A DNA stretch of 64,000 nucleotides from Escherichia coli. Lineage in GTDB: Bacteria; Pseudomonadota; Gammaproteobacteria; Enterobacterales; Enterobacteriaceae. Positions 25,101 to 37,582 of the stretch are shown here, in pieces. A program made the position numbers and the translations under genes. The stretch's first letter is position 1. Every line of letters begins with the position of its first letter. Location: the NCBI RefSeq assembly GCF_016026235.1, contig NZ_CP065613.1; one strand, written 5' to 3'. The notes under the pieces were generated by a model, which ran no database searches, was not told the DNA's origin, and was given only the letters and a program-made list of their open reading frames with translations.

Positions 25101-26104
25101 GGATGCAGCGCCGACAGCTTGATTGAAATGCCCGGACCTTCATAGATGCCACGACCGTTAGACGCTTTACCAATGGCGTGAATCGCCTGCTGATAGGAAA
25201 CCATATACGCCTGTGCGTCTGCGGCAGTCAGAGCAGCTTCGCCCAGCATATCGTAAGAGTAACGGAAACCTTTCTCTTCCAGCTTGCGGGCATTGGCTAA
25301 CGCTTCCGCGATGGTTTCACCCGTGACGAACTGCTCGCCCATCAGGCGCATCGCCATATCCACACCTTTGCGGATCAGCGGTTCACCGCTTTTACCGATA
25401 ATGCGGTTCAGCGAGCGGGAGAGGCTGGCTTCGTTATGGGTGGAAACCAGTTTGCCAGTAAACAACAGCCCCCAGGTAGCGGCATTAACAAACAGTGACG
25501 GGCTACGACCAATGTGTGACTGCCAGTTACCGTTGCTGATTTTGTCGCGAATTAACGCGTCGCGGGTGGCTTTGTCGGGAATACGCAACAACGCTTCCGC
25601 CAGACACATCAGCGCCACGCCTTCCTGCGATGACAGCGAAAACTCCTGCAATAACCCCTGGACCATACCTGCGCGACCACTGGCATTTTTTTGATTACGC
25701 AGTTTATCGGCCAGTTGATATGCCAGTTTATGCGCCTGTTCAGCAACTGGCTGCGGCAGGCGGGCTTGTTCCAGCAGCATAGAAACCGCTTCGGTTTCCG
25801 GGCGACGATAGGCCGCGGTGATCGCGGCGCGGGAAACCGACTGGGGCAAAATTTGCTCGGCAAAGTCGAGGAATGGCTGGTGTGGTTCCTCTGCCGGAGT
25901 CGGTGCTTCATCGCTCTCATTGGCAGCACCAGAAAGCAGCGCAGGTAGCTCTGGCAGAGTATCGCTGTTTTCCAGTTGTTCGAGATAAGAAAAAATCGCC
26001 TGCTTAATTAACCAGTGTGGCGTGCGATCGATACGTGTCGCGGCAGACTTAATACGCTCACGCGTCGCGTCGTCCAGCTTAACCCCCATGGTGGTGGTTC
26101 CCAT
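22142..26104 (-). CDS. putA: Bifunctional proline dehydrogenase / P5C dehydrogenase and transcriptional repressor PutA
   Basis: 1320 aa from internal ATG 26102-26104 (MGTTTMGVKLDDATRERIK...), with an N-terminal RHH and an aldehyde dehydrogenase C-terminal half. Confidence 0.96.
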   Translation of the reverse strand: MGTTTMGVKLDDATRERIKSAATRIDRTPHWLIKQAIFSYLEQLENSDTLPELPALLSGAANESDEAPTPAEEPHQPFLDFAEQILPQSVSRAAITAAYRRPETEAVSMLLEQARLPQPVAEQAHKLAYQLADKLRNQKNASGRAGMVQGLLQEFSLSSQEGVALMCLAEALLRIPDKATRDALIRDKISNGNWQSHIGRSPSLFVNAATWGLLFTGKLVSTHNEASLSRSLNRIIGKSGEPLIRKGVDMAMRLMGEQFVTGETIAEALANARKLEEKGFRYSYDMLGEAALTAADAQAYMVSYQQAIHAIGKASNGRGIYEGPGISIKLSALHPRYSRAQYDRVMEELYPRLKSLTLLARQYDIGINIDAEEADRLEISLDLLENLCFEPELAGWNGIGFVIQAYQKRCPLVIDYLVDLATRSRRRLMIRLVKGAYWDSEIKRAQMDGLEGYPVYTRKVYTDVSYLACAKKLLAVPNLIYPQFATHNAHTLAAIYQLAGQNYYPGQYEFQCLHGMGEPLYEQVTGKVADGKLNRPCRIYAPVGTHETLLAYLVRRLLENGANTSFVNRIADTSLPLDELVADPVTAVEKLAQQEGQTGLPHPKIPLPRDLYGHGRDNSAGLDLANEHRLASLSSALLNSALQKWQALPMLEQPVAAGEMSPVINPAEPKDIVGFVREATPREVEQALESAVNNAPIWFATPPAERAAILHRAAVLMESQMQQLIGILVREAGKTFSNAIAEVREAVDFLHYYAGQVRDDFANETHRPLGPVVCISPWNFPLAIFTGQIAAALAAGNSVLAKPAEQTPLIAAQGIAILLEAGVPPGVVQLLPGQGETVGAQLTGDDRVRGVMFTGSTEVATLLQRNIASRLDAQGRPIPLIAETGGMNAMIVDSSALTEQVVVDVLASAFDSAGQRCSALRVLCLQDEIADHTLKMLRGAMAECRMGNPGRLTTDIGPVIDSEAKANIERHIQTMRSKGRPVFQAVRENSEDAREWQSGTFVAPTLIELDDFAELHKEVFGPVLHVVRYNRNQLPELIEQINASGYGLTLGVHTRIDETIAQVTGSAHVGNLYVNRNMVGAVVGVQPFGGEGLSGTGPKAGGPLYLYRLLANRPESALAVTLARQDAEYPVDAQLKAALTQPLNALREWAANRPELQALCTQYGELAQAGTQRLLPGPTGERNTWTLLPRERVLCIADDEQDALTQLAAVLAVGSQVLWPDDALHRQLVKALPSAVSERIQLAKAENITAQPFDAVIFHGDSDQLRALCEAVAARDGAIVSVQGFARGESNILLERLYIERSLSVNTAAAGGNASLMTIG

Positions 26105-26130
26105 GCCATTACTCCTGTTGTTCTGAAAGG

Positions 26131-26338
26131 TGCAACTTAACGTTATCGTGAAATATCCATGATGTTGCAACTTTGTGCAACCATGTTAAATGTGACCTGC
26201 ATAGCAAGCTTAAAAATGAATGAAATGTTAATAAAAGAAATCGATATGACAGGGATTAAAAAAATAACTCAGACTTTTTCTCTGCGGCAGTTAACATTTT
26301 TGAAAGGTGCAACCTCAAAAAATGTGAGAGAGTGCAAC
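26131..26338. promoter_or_regulatory. put control region with five PutA operator hexamers (GTTGCA)
   Basis: GTTGCA or its complement TGCAAC occurs at 26131-26136, 26164-26169, 26176-26181, 26308-26313 and 26333-26338, between divergent putA and putP. Confidence 0.85.
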
Positions 26339-26526
26339 CTGATGAAAAATAGTGTCGCTGAGCACTAAAATTTAATGTAAATGGTGTGTTAAATCGATTG
26401 TGAATAACCAGCGCTTCCGGCAGGATACGGTCGCCCTGGTAAAAAATAAACTCTGTTACCCCGTTCCGGTGGCAGATATAACGGCAAGTTTCGACATTGC
26501 CGATAATAATTTTTTGGAGACTTTAG

Positions 26527-28035
<1,509 letters not shown>

Positions 28036-28039
28036 GGGA

Positions 28040-28330
28040 CTTAGCCTGCGGCGGTTTTGTTTGGCTTCAGCAGCGGGTTGCGCTCCCTTAATGTGCCTCG
28101 CCATATAAATTGAATGGTGCAGGGAGCGCGCAGGGGGCGGCCAATCGCCGCGGCCCCCTGCACCCCGGGCTCTGGCGAACAAAATCGCCGCTGCGCGGTA
28201 CCTTCAGCTTATCCCCTTCGGCTACCGGGTCGGGCGCGAGGTAACGTCCTGTAAGACGCGCCCTCAGCCCACATCCATGTGGGCTGCCCCGGCCTTCGGG
28301 GAACGCTTCAGCGATTTTGACGCCACCAAC
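28040..28330. other. GC-rich, hairpin-dense intergenic element of unassigned family
   Basis: Nested inverted repeats: GCGCTCCC/GGGAGCGC (28080/28122), GCAGGGGGC/GCCCCCTGC (28130/28153), CAGCCCACAT/ATGTGGGCTG (28265/28277), CCCCG/CGGGG (28287/28297), and long-range GGCGAACAAAATCGC/GCGATTTTGACGCC (28174/28311). Confidence 0.5.
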
Positions 28331-28623
28331 ACCCGCGCTGTTCTTATGTTCCGGGCAAAAAGTTAGATTTGATAATCGAGGATGGACGAAATTGCTTGAT
28401 ACACCCGCTTATCAGTTTTACATGGAAGTTTTGATGTATTGAGTCAGGACGGTTTTGTCGGCTGGATACGGCGTTTACGCGGCATCCGGCAAGAACACAT
28501 GGCTCGTTGTAAACAATCCCATCTTTGTACCTGGAATAATCGTTTATATCCCCTGGCATTACCTCTCTTTGTTTACATTTCAACATCATTTTATAAACAT
28601 TCCGCTTGTATTTTTCTTTACCG

Positions 28624-28640
28624 TAATGATAATCGCTATC
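28624..28640 (+). promoter_or_regulatory. Fur box upstream of efeU
   Basis: TAATGATAATCGCTATC closely matches the Fur consensus core (GATAATGATAATCATTATC), about 60 nt upstream of the efeU ATG. Confidence 0.7.
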
Positions 28641-28699
28641 ACTGCGATTTACTTTTCTTTGCATAGATTGACTCAGAAAAACGTTTAAGGGTGGGTGGC

Positions 28700-29530
28700 A
28701 TGTTTGTTCCGTTTCTCATTATGTTGCGCGAAGGACTTGAAGCCGCGCTGATTGTCAGTTTGATTGCCAGCTATCTTAAGCGTACCCAGCGAGGCCGATG
28801 GATTGGTGTGATGTGGATTGGCGTGTTGCTTGCCGCTGCGTTGTGCCTGGGCTTGGGGATCTTCATTAACGAAACCACCGGCGAATTTCCGCAAAAAGAG
28901 CAGGAACTGTTTGAAGGTATCGTGGCGGTGATCGCCGTGGTGATCCTTACCTGGATGGTTTTCTGGATGCGCAAAGTGTCGCGCAACGTCAAAGTACAAC
29001 TGGAGCAGGCAGTCGATAGCGCATTGCAGCGTGGAAATCATCATGGCTGGGCGCTGGTGATGATGGTCTTTTTTGCCGTTGCAAGGGAAGGGCTGGAGTC
29101 GGTCTTTTTCCTGCTGGCGGCATTTCAACAAGATGTCGGGATCTGGCCGCCGCTGGGTGCAATGCTCGGTCTTGCTACTGCCGTGGTGCTAGGCTTCCTG
29201 CTCTACTGGGGCGGTATTCGCCTCAATCTTGGTGCATTTTTTAAATGGACCAGCCTGTTTATTCTCTTCGTCGCCGCAGGGCTGGCGGCTGGTGCCATTC
29301 GCGCATTTCATGAAGCCGGATTGTGGAACCACTTTCAGGAAATCGCCTTCGATATGAGCGCAGTGCTCTCAACTCACTCGCTGTTTGGCACGCTGATGGA
29401 AGGGATTTTTGGCTATCAGGACGCACCGAGCGTCAGCGAAGTCGCCGTCTGGTTTATTTATCTCATCCCGGCGCTGGTGGCATTTGCTCTGCCACCACGC
29501 GCAGGGGCGACAGCGTCTCGCTCCGCGTAA
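28700..29530 (+). CDS. efeU: Ferrous iron permease EfeU (FTR1 family), intact
   Basis: 276 aa from ATG 28700 (MFVPFLIMLREGLEA...) with two REGLE motifs. The frame is uninterrupted. Confidence 0.93.
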   Translation: MFVPFLIMLREGLEAALIVSLIASYLKRTQRGRWIGVMWIGVLLAAALCLGLGIFINETTGEFPQKEQELFEGIVAVIAVVILTWMVFWMRKVSRNVKVQLEQAVDSALQRGNHHGWALVMMVFFAVAREGLESVFFLLAAFQQDVGIWPPLGAMLGLATAVVLGFLLYWGGIRLNLGAFFKWTSLFILFVAAGLAAGAIRAFHEAGLWNHFQEIAFDMSAVLSTHSLFGTLMEGIFGYQDAPSVSEVAVWFIYLIPALVAFALPPRAGATASRSA

Positions 29531-29587
29531 CAAATACGACGCAAACTCTTGCTTAGTTACAACATACTTTAAAGGGATAGTCTCGTC

Positions 29588-30715
29588 ATGACCATTAACT
29601 TCCGCCGTAACGCATTGCAGTTGAGCGTGGCTGCGCTGTTTTCTTCTGCTTTTATGGCTAACGCCGCTGATGTGCCGCAGGTCAAAGTGACCGTGACGGA
29701 TAAGCAGTGCGAACCGATGACCATTACGGTTAACGCCGGGAAAACACAGTTCATTATTCAGAACCATAGCCAGAAGGCGCTGGAGTGGGAGATCCTCAAA
29801 GGCGTGATGGTGGTGGAAGAGCGGGAAAATATCGCCCCTGGTTTTAGCCAGAAAATGACGGCGAATTTACAGCCTGGCGAATACGATATGACCTGCGGTC
29901 TGCTGACTAACCCGAAAGGGAAGTTGATCGTCAAAGGTGAGGCAACGGCGGATGCGGCGCAAAGTGATGCGCTGTTAAGTCTTGGTGGTGCAATTACTGC
30001 ATATAAAGCGTATGTCATGGCGGAAACCACGCAGCTGGTGACCGACACCAAAGCCTTTACCGACGCGATTAAAGCTGGCGATATCGAAAAAGCGAAAGCA
30101 CTGTATGCGCCGACGCGCCAGCACTATGAGCGCATTGAACCGATTGCTGAACTGTTCTCCGATCTGGATGGCAGCATTGACGCCCGTGAAGATGATTATG
30201 AGCAAAAAGCCGCCGACCCAAAATTCACTGGTTTCCACCGTCTGGAAAAAGCATTGTTTGGCGACAACACCACCAAAGGGATGGATCAGTACGCTGAGCA
30301 GCTTTATACAGATGTGGTCGATTTGCAAAAACGCATCAGTGAACTGGCTTTCCCACCTTCAAAAGTGGTCGGCGGCGCAGCCGGACTGATTGAGGAAGTG
30401 GCAGCCAGCAAAATTAGCGGTGAAGAAGATCGCTACAGCCACACCGATCTGTGGGATTTCCAGGCTAACGTTGAAGGCTCGCAGAAAATTGTCGATTTGC
30501 TGCGTCCACAACTGCAAAAAGCCAACCCGGAACTGCTGGCAAAAGTCGATGCCAACTTTAAAAAGGTCGATACCATTCTGGCGAAATACCGTACTAAAGA
30601 CGGTTTTGAAACCTACGACAAATTGACCGATGCCGACCGGAATGCACTGAAAGGACCGATTACTGCGCTGGCGGAAGATCTGGCGCAACTTCGCGGTGTG
30701 CTGGGACTGGATTAA
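29588..30715 (+). CDS. efeO: Periplasmic iron-uptake component EfeO
   Basis: 375-aa ORF with a signal peptide, in efeUOB order. Confidence 0.95.
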   Translation: MTINFRRNALQLSVAALFSSAFMANAADVPQVKVTVTDKQCEPMTITVNAGKTQFIIQNHSQKALEWEILKGVMVVEERENIAPGFSQKMTANLQPGEYDMTCGLLTNPKGKLIVKGEATADAAQSDALLSLGGAITAYKAYVMAETTQLVTDTKAFTDAIKAGDIEKAKALYAPTRQHYERIEPIAELFSDLDGSIDAREDDYEQKAADPKFTGFHRLEKALFGDNTTKGMDQYAEQLYTDVVDLQKRISELAFPPSKVVGGAAGLIEEVAASKISGEEDRYSHTDLWDFQANVEGSQKIVDLLRPQLQKANPELLAKVDANFKKVDTILAKYRTKDGFETYDKLTDADRNALKGPITALAEDLAQLRGVLGLD

Positions 30716-30720
30716 GCGTT

Positions 30721-31992
30721 ATGCAGTATAAAGATGAAAACGGCGTGAATGAACCGTCACGCCGACGTTTACTGAAAGTGATAGGTGCACTGGCGCTGGC
30801 GGGAAGTTGTCCGGTCGCTCATGCACAAAAAACGCAAAGTGCGCCGGGTACGCTTTCACCGGATGCACGCAATGAGAAACAGCCGTTTTATGGTGAGCAT
30901 CAGGCAGGGATCCTGACGCCACAACAGGCCGCAATGATGCTGGTGGCGTTTGATGTGCTTGCCAGCGATAAAGCCGATCTTGAGCGGTTGTTTCGCTTGT
31001 TGACTCAGCGTTTTGCTTTTCTGACTCAGGGCGGAGCAGCACCAGAAACGCCAAATCCGCGCCTGCCACCACTCGATTCCGGCATTCTTGGCGGCTACAT
31101 TGCGCCCGATAATCTCACCATCACGTTATCGGTGGGTCACTCATTGTTTGATGAGCGCTTTGACCTTGCGCCACAGATGCCAAAAAAGCTGCAGAAGATG
31201 ACGCGTTTCCCCAACGACTCGCTGGATGCGGCGTTATGTCATGGTGATGTGTTGCTACAGATTTGCGCCAACACCCAGGACACGGTGATCCATGCGCTGC
31301 GCGATATCATCAAACACACGCCGGATTTGCTCAGTGTGCGCTGGAAGCGGGAAGGGTTTATTTCCGATCACGCGGCGCGTAGTAAAGGCAAAGAGACGCC
31401 GATTAATTTGCTGGGTTTCAAAGACGGCACTGCCAATCCCGATAGCCAGAATGATAAGTTGATGCAAAAAGTGGTGTGGGTAACGGCAGATCAGCAGGAG
31501 CCTGCGTGGACAATCGGTGGCAGCTATCAGGCAGTACGCTTGATTCAGTTTCGAGTGGAATTTTGGGACAGAACGCCGCTGAAAGAACAGCAGACGATTT
31601 TTGGCCGTGATAAGCAAACCGGTGCGCCGCTGGGAATGCAGCATGAGCATGATGTGCCTGATTACGCCAGCGACCCGGAAGGGAAGGTGATCGCGCTGGA
31701 CAGCCATATCCGGCTGGCGAATCCCCGCACGGCGGAGAGTGAGTCCAGCCTGATGCTGCGTCGTGGCTACAGTTATTCACTGGGCGTCACCAACTCCGGG
31801 CAACTGGATATGGGGCTACTGTTTGTCTGTTACCAACACGATCTGGAAAAAGGCTTCCTGACAGTACAAAAAAGGCTCAATGGCGAAGCGCTGGAGGAAT
31901 ACGTTAAACCTATCGGCGGCGGTTATTTTTTTGCGCTGCCGGGAGTGAAGGACGCGAACGATTATCTCGGAAGCGCGTTATTGCGGGTTTAA
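30721..31992 (+). CDS. efeB: DyP-type haem peroxidase EfeB (Tat substrate)
   Basis: 423-aa ORF with twin-arginine signal [13 protein letters not shown]. Confidence 0.95.
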   Translation: MQYKDENGVNEPSRRRLLKVIGALALAGSCPVAHAQKTQSAPGTLSPDARNEKQPFYGEHQAGILTPQQAAMMLVAFDVLASDKADLERLFRLLTQRFAFLTQGGAAPETPNPRLPPLDSGILGGYIAPDNLTITLSVGHSLFDERFDLAPQMPKKLQKMTRFPNDSLDAALCHGDVLLQICANTQDTVIHALRDIIKHTPDLLSVRWKREGFISDHAARSKGKETPINLLGFKDGTANPDSQNDKLMQKVVWVTADQQEPAWTIGGSYQAVRLIQFRVEFWDRTPLKEQQTIFGRDKQTGAPLGMQHEHDVPDYASDPEGKVIALDSHIRLANPRTAESESSLMLRRGYSYSLGVTNSGQLDMGLLFVCYQHDLEKGFLTVQKRLNGEALEEYVKPIGGGYFFALPGVKDANDYLGSALLRV

Positions 31993-32000
31993 TGTTTTTA

Positions 32001-32140
32001 GACGGATAAGGCGTTCTTGCGCAGATGCCTGATGCGATGCTTGCGCGTCTTCTTATGCCTACAATCGGCGCGGGTTCGGTAGGCGGATAAGGCGTTCACG
32101 CCGCATACGGCGTTCGTGCGCAGATGCCTGATGCGAATCC
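32001..32140. repeat. REP/BIME cluster
   Basis: Repeated GACGGATAAGGCGTT, GCAGATGCCTGATGCG and GGCGGATAAGGCGTTCACGCCGCAT units downstream of efeB. Confidence 0.8.
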
Positions 32141-32168
32141 TGCTGAAAGCACACAGCTTTTTTCATAT

Positions 32169-32186
32169 CTGTCATCACTCTGTCAT
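32169..32186 (+). promoter_or_regulatory. Pho box (PhoB site) upstream of phoH
   Basis: CTGTCATCACTCTGTCAT is a pair of direct CTGTCAT repeats at 11-bp spacing. Confidence 0.8.
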
Positions 32187-32335
32187 CTTTCCAGTAGAAA
32201 CTAATGTCACTGAAATGGTGTTTTATAGTTAAATATAAGTAAATATATTGTTGCAATAAATGCGAGATCTGTTGTACTTATTAAGTAGCAGCGTAAGTTC
32301 CCGGCAGTGATAGTCAGTCACTATGGAGATCGCGG

Positions 32336-33400
32336 ATGGTAACGTCCTGTACTGGACATGTTTTAGATAATCAACGCGCCACCACTCGCGGAGTTTTCTC
32401 CTCCGGTAGTCATCTCGTCACTTTGCATTTTCAACCTCATCCTTTCTTTTCATGTGTTACCGACGCCGTAAACGGTGCGCGTAGCCGTTTTTCGGCATTT
32501 TATCCAAAAGCAAACTATGGCTTACAAGGAAGCCAACCCTCTGATGTTCGTGCGCATAATCGCGCTGCCAACGGCGCGTGTGATGAATACAAACAACTCA
32601 AGGTGCTCTCCATGGGAAGACAAAAAGCAGTGATCAAAGCTCGTCGCGAGGCAAAACGTGTGCTGAGACGGGATTCGCGCAGCCATAAGCAGCGTGAAGA
32701 AGAATCGGTCACCTCGCTTGTGCAGATGGGCGGCGTAGAAGCCATTGGTATGGCCCGCGACAGTCACGATACTTCGCCCATCCTCGCGCGAAATGAAGCG
32801 CAATTGCACTATCTGAAGGCTATTGAGAGTAAGCAGCTGATATTCGCCACGGGCGAAGCCGGGTGCGGAAAAACCTGGATCAGCGCAGCAAAAGCGGCAG
32901 AGGCCCTGATACATAAGGATGTCGACAGGATTATCGTCACCCGTCCAGTTCTGCAAGCCGATGAAGATCTTGGCTTCTTACCTGGAGATATCGCAGAAAA
33001 GTTTGCTCCCTATTTTCGCCCGGTCTACGACGTGCTGGTCCGGCGCTTAGGGGCTTCCTTTATGCAGTACTGCCTGCGACCGGAAATAGGGAAGGTGGAA
33101 ATCGCGCCGTTCGCCTATATGCGTGGACGTACCTTTGAAAATGCAGTCGTCATTCTTGACGAGGCGCAGAATGTGACTGCCGCGCAAATGAAAATGTTTT
33201 TAACCCGCCTCGGGGAGAACGTGACGGTTATCGTCAACGGTGATATCACGCAATGCGATTTGCCTCGCGGCGTCTGCTCCGGATTAAGTGACGCGCTGGA
33301 ACGTTTCGAAGAAGATGAAATGGTTGGGATCGTCCGGTTCGGAAAAGAGGATTGCGTACGTTCGGCACTTTGCCAACGTACGCTGCATGCATACAGTTAA
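32336..33400 (+). CDS. phoH: Phosphate-starvation-inducible ATPase PhoH
   Basis: 354-aa ORF with Walker A GEAGCGKT. A shorter product from MGRQKAVIKA is also plausible. Confidence 0.94.
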   Translation: MVTSCTGHVLDNQRATTRGVFSSGSHLVTLHFQPHPFFSCVTDAVNGARSRFSAFYPKANYGLQGSQPSDVRAHNRAANGACDEYKQLKVLSMGRQKAVIKARREAKRVLRRDSRSHKQREEESVTSLVQMGGVEAIGMARDSHDTSPILARNEAQLHYLKAIESKQLIFATGEAGCGKTWISAAKAAEALIHKDVDRIIVTRPVLQADEDLGFLPGDIAEKFAPYFRPVYDVLVRRLGASFMQYCLRPEIGKVEIAPFAYMRGRTFENAVVILDEAQNVTAAQMKMFLTRLGENVTVIVNGDITQCDLPRGVCSGLSDALERFEEDEMVGIVRFGKEDCVRSALCQRTLHAYS

Positions 33401-33417
33401 GTGTATTATCGGTGCAG

Positions 33418-33444
33418 AGCCCGGGCGAACCGGGCTTTGTTTTG
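33418..33444. terminator. Hairpin terminator between phoH and pgaD
   Basis: AGCCCGG-GCGAA-CCGGGCT followed by TTGTTTT, between convergent genes. Confidence 0.8.
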
Positions 33445-33449
33445 GGTGT

Positions 33450-33863
33450 TTATGCCCGGACTAGCGCTTTTTCTGAAACAACCATTTTTATTTGCCCCTG
33501 GCTGGTGAAGTGTACGCTCATCCTGTGGCTTTTTTGTAGTTGCTGATAGAGCTCATCAGGTATTGCTAAGCTCTCTGCATATTCTTGCGGCGTATATTGG
33601 TAGGCTGCATGATGCTGCTGTTTTTGAAAACGCAGCTTATTGTACAGCGCCCAGACAATTAACACGACGGCATTCGCCACTGCCAGCAAAAAATAGAACT
33701 GAAGTCGGCTTCTGGCCTCGCTTTGCCAGTAATAACCCGTCAGCAGATCCATGGCGAATAAGAATATGAACAAAGCAAATAATGTCCACAAGATGGTTGT
33801 GGCAACATAATCAACCAGTAAACGTACTGGTGATTGTCGGGTCGTAATAATTAAATTGTTCAT
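33450..33863 (-). CDS. pgaD: PGA synthesis accessory membrane protein PgaD
   Basis: 137-aa ORF with two TM segments, downstream of pgaC. Confidence 0.93.
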
Positions 33864-33864
33864 A

Positions 33865-35190
33865 TTAACCTCTCAGAATCCCGCGATCAGGACTTACCCA
33901 ACGGGCGCGTTGCTTTTTAGGCATCAACATGACTCGTGTAAATGATACCAATGTCGTTGCCAGGCTCAGCATCCAGAAAATAACCGGGAACCAAATAATC
34001 CAGAAAAGCGATGAAGTCAGATTATGCTCATAGCGATTCTCGATCATCAGGCTGACAATAAATTGCAGTAAACATAACGTACACAATAATATTCCGGCAG
34101 TATGTGTCGCAGCGATATGTGTCAATTCAATATTTAACGGTACACCGGCAAGTTGGACTGCGTAAATAATGAAACCGACCAGGCAGGTGAAGGCCCATAT
34201 TGTCGTCAGGCAGTATTCAAAAAACAGCGGCCACATTCGAAAGTTTTCTTTGCGCCACAACCTTGTCATATTTTTGAGGAATACTTCTGCACCGCCCTGA
34301 GCCCAGCGCAGGCGCTGTTTCCACAGCCCTTTTAACGTTTCAGGCATTAATATCCAGCACAGCGCCCGTGGCTCGTAAAAAATCGTCCACTGATTCAACT
34401 GCAGCTTCCAGCTAATATCAATATCTTCGGTGATCATATCGTCACTCCAGTAACCCACTTCTGCCAGGGCGCTGCGACGAAATGCGGCAATAACACCGGA
34501 AACGGTAAATACGTTTCCATAGATACGCTGGGTTCGCTTGATCAAACCAATAATTGAGGAATACTCGCCAACCTGAATTTTACCCACCAGGGTAGAACGT
34601 GTTCGAATACGAGGATTACCGGTTACGGCACCCACACGCGGGTTGTACAACATCGGTTCCACAATATATGCCGCCGCATCGCGGTCTAATAACGCATCGC
34701 CATCAATGCACACCAGATATTCACTTTTCGCCGCGGCAGCTCCGGTTTTAAGCGCAATGGCTTTCCCCTGGTTTTGCGCCAGATGAATGACCCGCAAATG
34801 GGGAATTTGTGCAGCCATGCGATCCAGGATGGCACGGGTTTTATCTGTTGAACCGTCATTTACGGCAATAACTTCAATGTTCTCATAACGCTGTGCTAAA
34901 GCGGCGTGTATGGTTTCCTCAACGTTTTTCTCCTCATTAAAACAGGGAATGATAATGGAGATAGACGGATTATCTTTCAACTGGGGAGCTGGTGCGTTTT
35001 CTCCCCACGGCCAGTGGCGTTCACGATAGACCCAGAAATAGACGCCGCCAACAATCCACATAATGGACATAAAAAACGGCCAGAAGAAAACGAACCTCAT
35101 CATCAGTTCACCAGAGTGAAAGTACGCTACGCATAGGGGTATGCATAACACCAGACATAATATAAAAAACGATACGATGCGATTAATCAT
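33865..35190 (-). CDS. pgaC: Poly-beta-1,6-GlcNAc synthase PgaC (GT2)
   Basis: 441-aa ORF with the processive GT2 motif QRLRWAQG. Confidence 0.95.
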
Positions 35191-36685
35191 TTTTCGGATA
35201 CCAGGCTGTTGAAAACTCAGGACGAATAACGTCTATTTCAGGTTGGTTATGCAGAAAATTGTCGGGATAATAACCATAGTTTTTCACTCCATTCAGTTGT
35301 AATAGGCTCATCCAGTGAGCGAGTTGTTGCGAAGAAATAGCCTGATGCTGACCATTTTTCTGCCAGTTTTGTGCCTGTAATTCTAAAATAGATTTGTCTT
35401 TAGCCTGAGGGATGCTTTTAATCTGATTGGTCAGTTGTATTAACCATTGATCAGCCGATTTTTCTGCGACACCTTCCATATAAGGCATAGCCATAATAGC
35501 GGTCCAGTCATAGCTTTTTAGGAAATCAGCATAATTCTGTGCAAACCAGGCTTCACTTTCAGGTTGTGTTACCGGAAGTGCAAAAATATTTCGTGCAGTT
35601 TTAACATGTGGACCACGAATGGCTTTTACGCGCGCACTAAGTTCTAAAGTGAAGTCAGTTAACGCACGACTTTTAAAGCGGGTCCACTGTTTAAATTGCT
35701 CCGGGTTTTGTCGAATTTCGCTCAGACTCCCGCTAAAGCCTGCTTGCTGATAAGCCGCGATAGCCGGTGCACTGGCATCTTCATAATCTGAAAGCAAAGC
35801 ATCATCGTGGAACAATAGGCCATCAAAAGCAGCATGTCCGGCAAGATCTTCATATAACATGCCAACTTGTGCTCTGACCCTGTCATCAAAAGGCGAGAGA
35901 CGGCGATATTGTTCAGGATGAATTTGTGCTTTTTTCTCCCCAGTTGGTAAGTATTTTACTCGCGTTAATGTGGGATCTAAATCCCAGCTTAATACCGGCA
36001 TCCACGCATAGATGTTTACACCTGAGCGGGTACGTAATTGCCAGGCAACCCGACTAAAAATATCTGCTTTCATTGGTAGCAAACGATTTGGAAACCAGAC
36101 TTCTTTGACCAGCCCATCACCATCGGGATCAGCAAATGCCTGCAAATACACGGTTGATATTTGCATATCTTTCACCCGCTGAATTAGCACATCAATATTG
36201 CGATCCATTTGCTGGCGGTTTTCGTCATAAACGTAATCAAGATCGATATGCATTATCCGTTGTGGTGATTTTTCCTGTACGGTAATAATTTTCTGGGCAA
36301 ACTCTTTTAATGAGGGATTATTGGCGATTAATACTCGCGGAATGGAATCCAATTGCGACGCATTTGCCAAACCTGATTCAAGGGTGAAGAACATGTCATA
36401 ACCGAGTTTTTTTAATTCCTCTATCGCTATGCCATTCGCTTCGCCATAAGGCCAAACAAAAACGTGTGGATTTACCTTAGCCTTTGTACGCAGGTATTCC
36501 GTCATTTTTACAGCATCCAGACGAATTCTTTCCCGGTATTCTGCTGCGGTTTCATACCGTGCGTGGTCAGTAAAATATGCACGATTTACATATACAGGCA
36601 ATAAGCTGCCGGTGGCATTAGCCTGAATACCGTAGTGAGAATTCCATGTATGAGAAGAGACCTCAACGAGCGGGGAACGCGCAAC
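35183..36685 (-). pseudogene. pgaB: pgaB, 5'-truncated by the IS3 junction (500 of ~672 codons remain)
   Basis: The frame is open from the stop at 35183 up to the IS3 terminus at 36686 (...VARSPLVEVSSHTWNSHYGIQANATGSLLPVYVNRAY...). No lipoprotein signal or N-terminus is present. Confidence 0.9.
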
Positions 36686-36715
36686 TGATCCTACCCACGT
36701 AATATGGACACAGGC

Positions 36716-37582
36716 CTAAGCGAGGTTCTGGTTTTCAAATTGTTCCGGACTGAGGCCGCCACACCAACTGTGCCGCCGCCACCGATTGTAATCACATTCG
36801 ATATAATTAAACACCGTTGCCCGCATTATTTCCCGGCTGATAAAGTGTTCTCCATGGATACATTCCACTTTCAGCGAATGAAAGAAGCTTTCCACGCAGG
36901 CATTATCGTAGCAGCAACCTTTTGCGCTCATACTTCCACGCAGATTATGCCGCTTCAGTTGCGCCTGATAATCTGCTGAACAGTACTGGCCTCCACGGTC
37001 CGTGTGAACGATAACGTTCCGGGGCCTCTTACGCCGCCACAGCGCCATCTGCAGGGCATCGCAGGCCAGTTGCGCCGTCATGCGTGGCGACATTGACCAG
37101 CCAATAACGGCACGTGACCACAGGTCAATGACCACTGCCAGATACAGCCAGCCTTCATCTGTACGTAAGTACGTGATGTCTCCTGCCCACTTCTGGTTCG
37201 GGCCACTGGCGTAAAAATCCTGCTCCAACAGATTTTCTGACACAGGCAGGCCGTGTGCGCGGTAGCTGACCGGGCTGAACTTCCGGGAGGCCTTTGCCCT
37301 CAGTCCCTGACGGCGCAGGCTTGCCGCCACGGTTTTTACGTTAAAGGGGTAACCCTGAGCACGCAGTTCATCCGTCAGGCGTGGGGCACCGTAACGCTGT
37401 TTTGACCGGGTAAAAGCCGCGAGGACAACGCTGTCGCAGTGTTGGCGGAACTGCTGACGCGTGCTTATCCTTGTCCGCCGCTGACACCACGTATACCAGC
37501 CGCTGCGGGCCACCCGGAGCACGCGGCACATTGCTTTGATGCTGAACTCAGCCTGATGTTTTTCAATAAAGACATACTTCAT
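36716..37582 (-). CDS. insF: IS3 transposase OrfB (DDE domain)
   Basis: 288-aa [25 protein letters not shown]... Confidence 0.95.
   Translation of the reverse strand: MKYVFIEKHQAEFSIKAMCRVLRVARSGWYTWCQRRTRISTRQQFRQHCDSVVLAAFTRSKQRYGAPRLTDELRAQGYPFNVKTVAASLRRQGLRAKASRKFSPVSYRAHGLPVSENLLEQDFYASGPNQKWAGDITYLRTDEGWLYLAVVIDLWSRAVIGWSMSPRMTAQLACDALQMALWRRKRPRNVIVHTDRGGQYCSADYQAQLKRHNLRGSMSAKGCCYDNACVESFFHSLKVECIHGEHFISREIMRATVFNYIECDYNRWRRHSWCGGLSPEQFENQNLA

Noticed and set aside
28344-28664. A 106-aa reverse-strand ORF between putP and efeU.
   Set aside because: It overlaps a REP-like palindrome (about 28455-28500) and the Fur box and promoter region of efeU. It has no RBS or recognisable domain. 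It is likely spurious, although I could not run a homology search to confirm.
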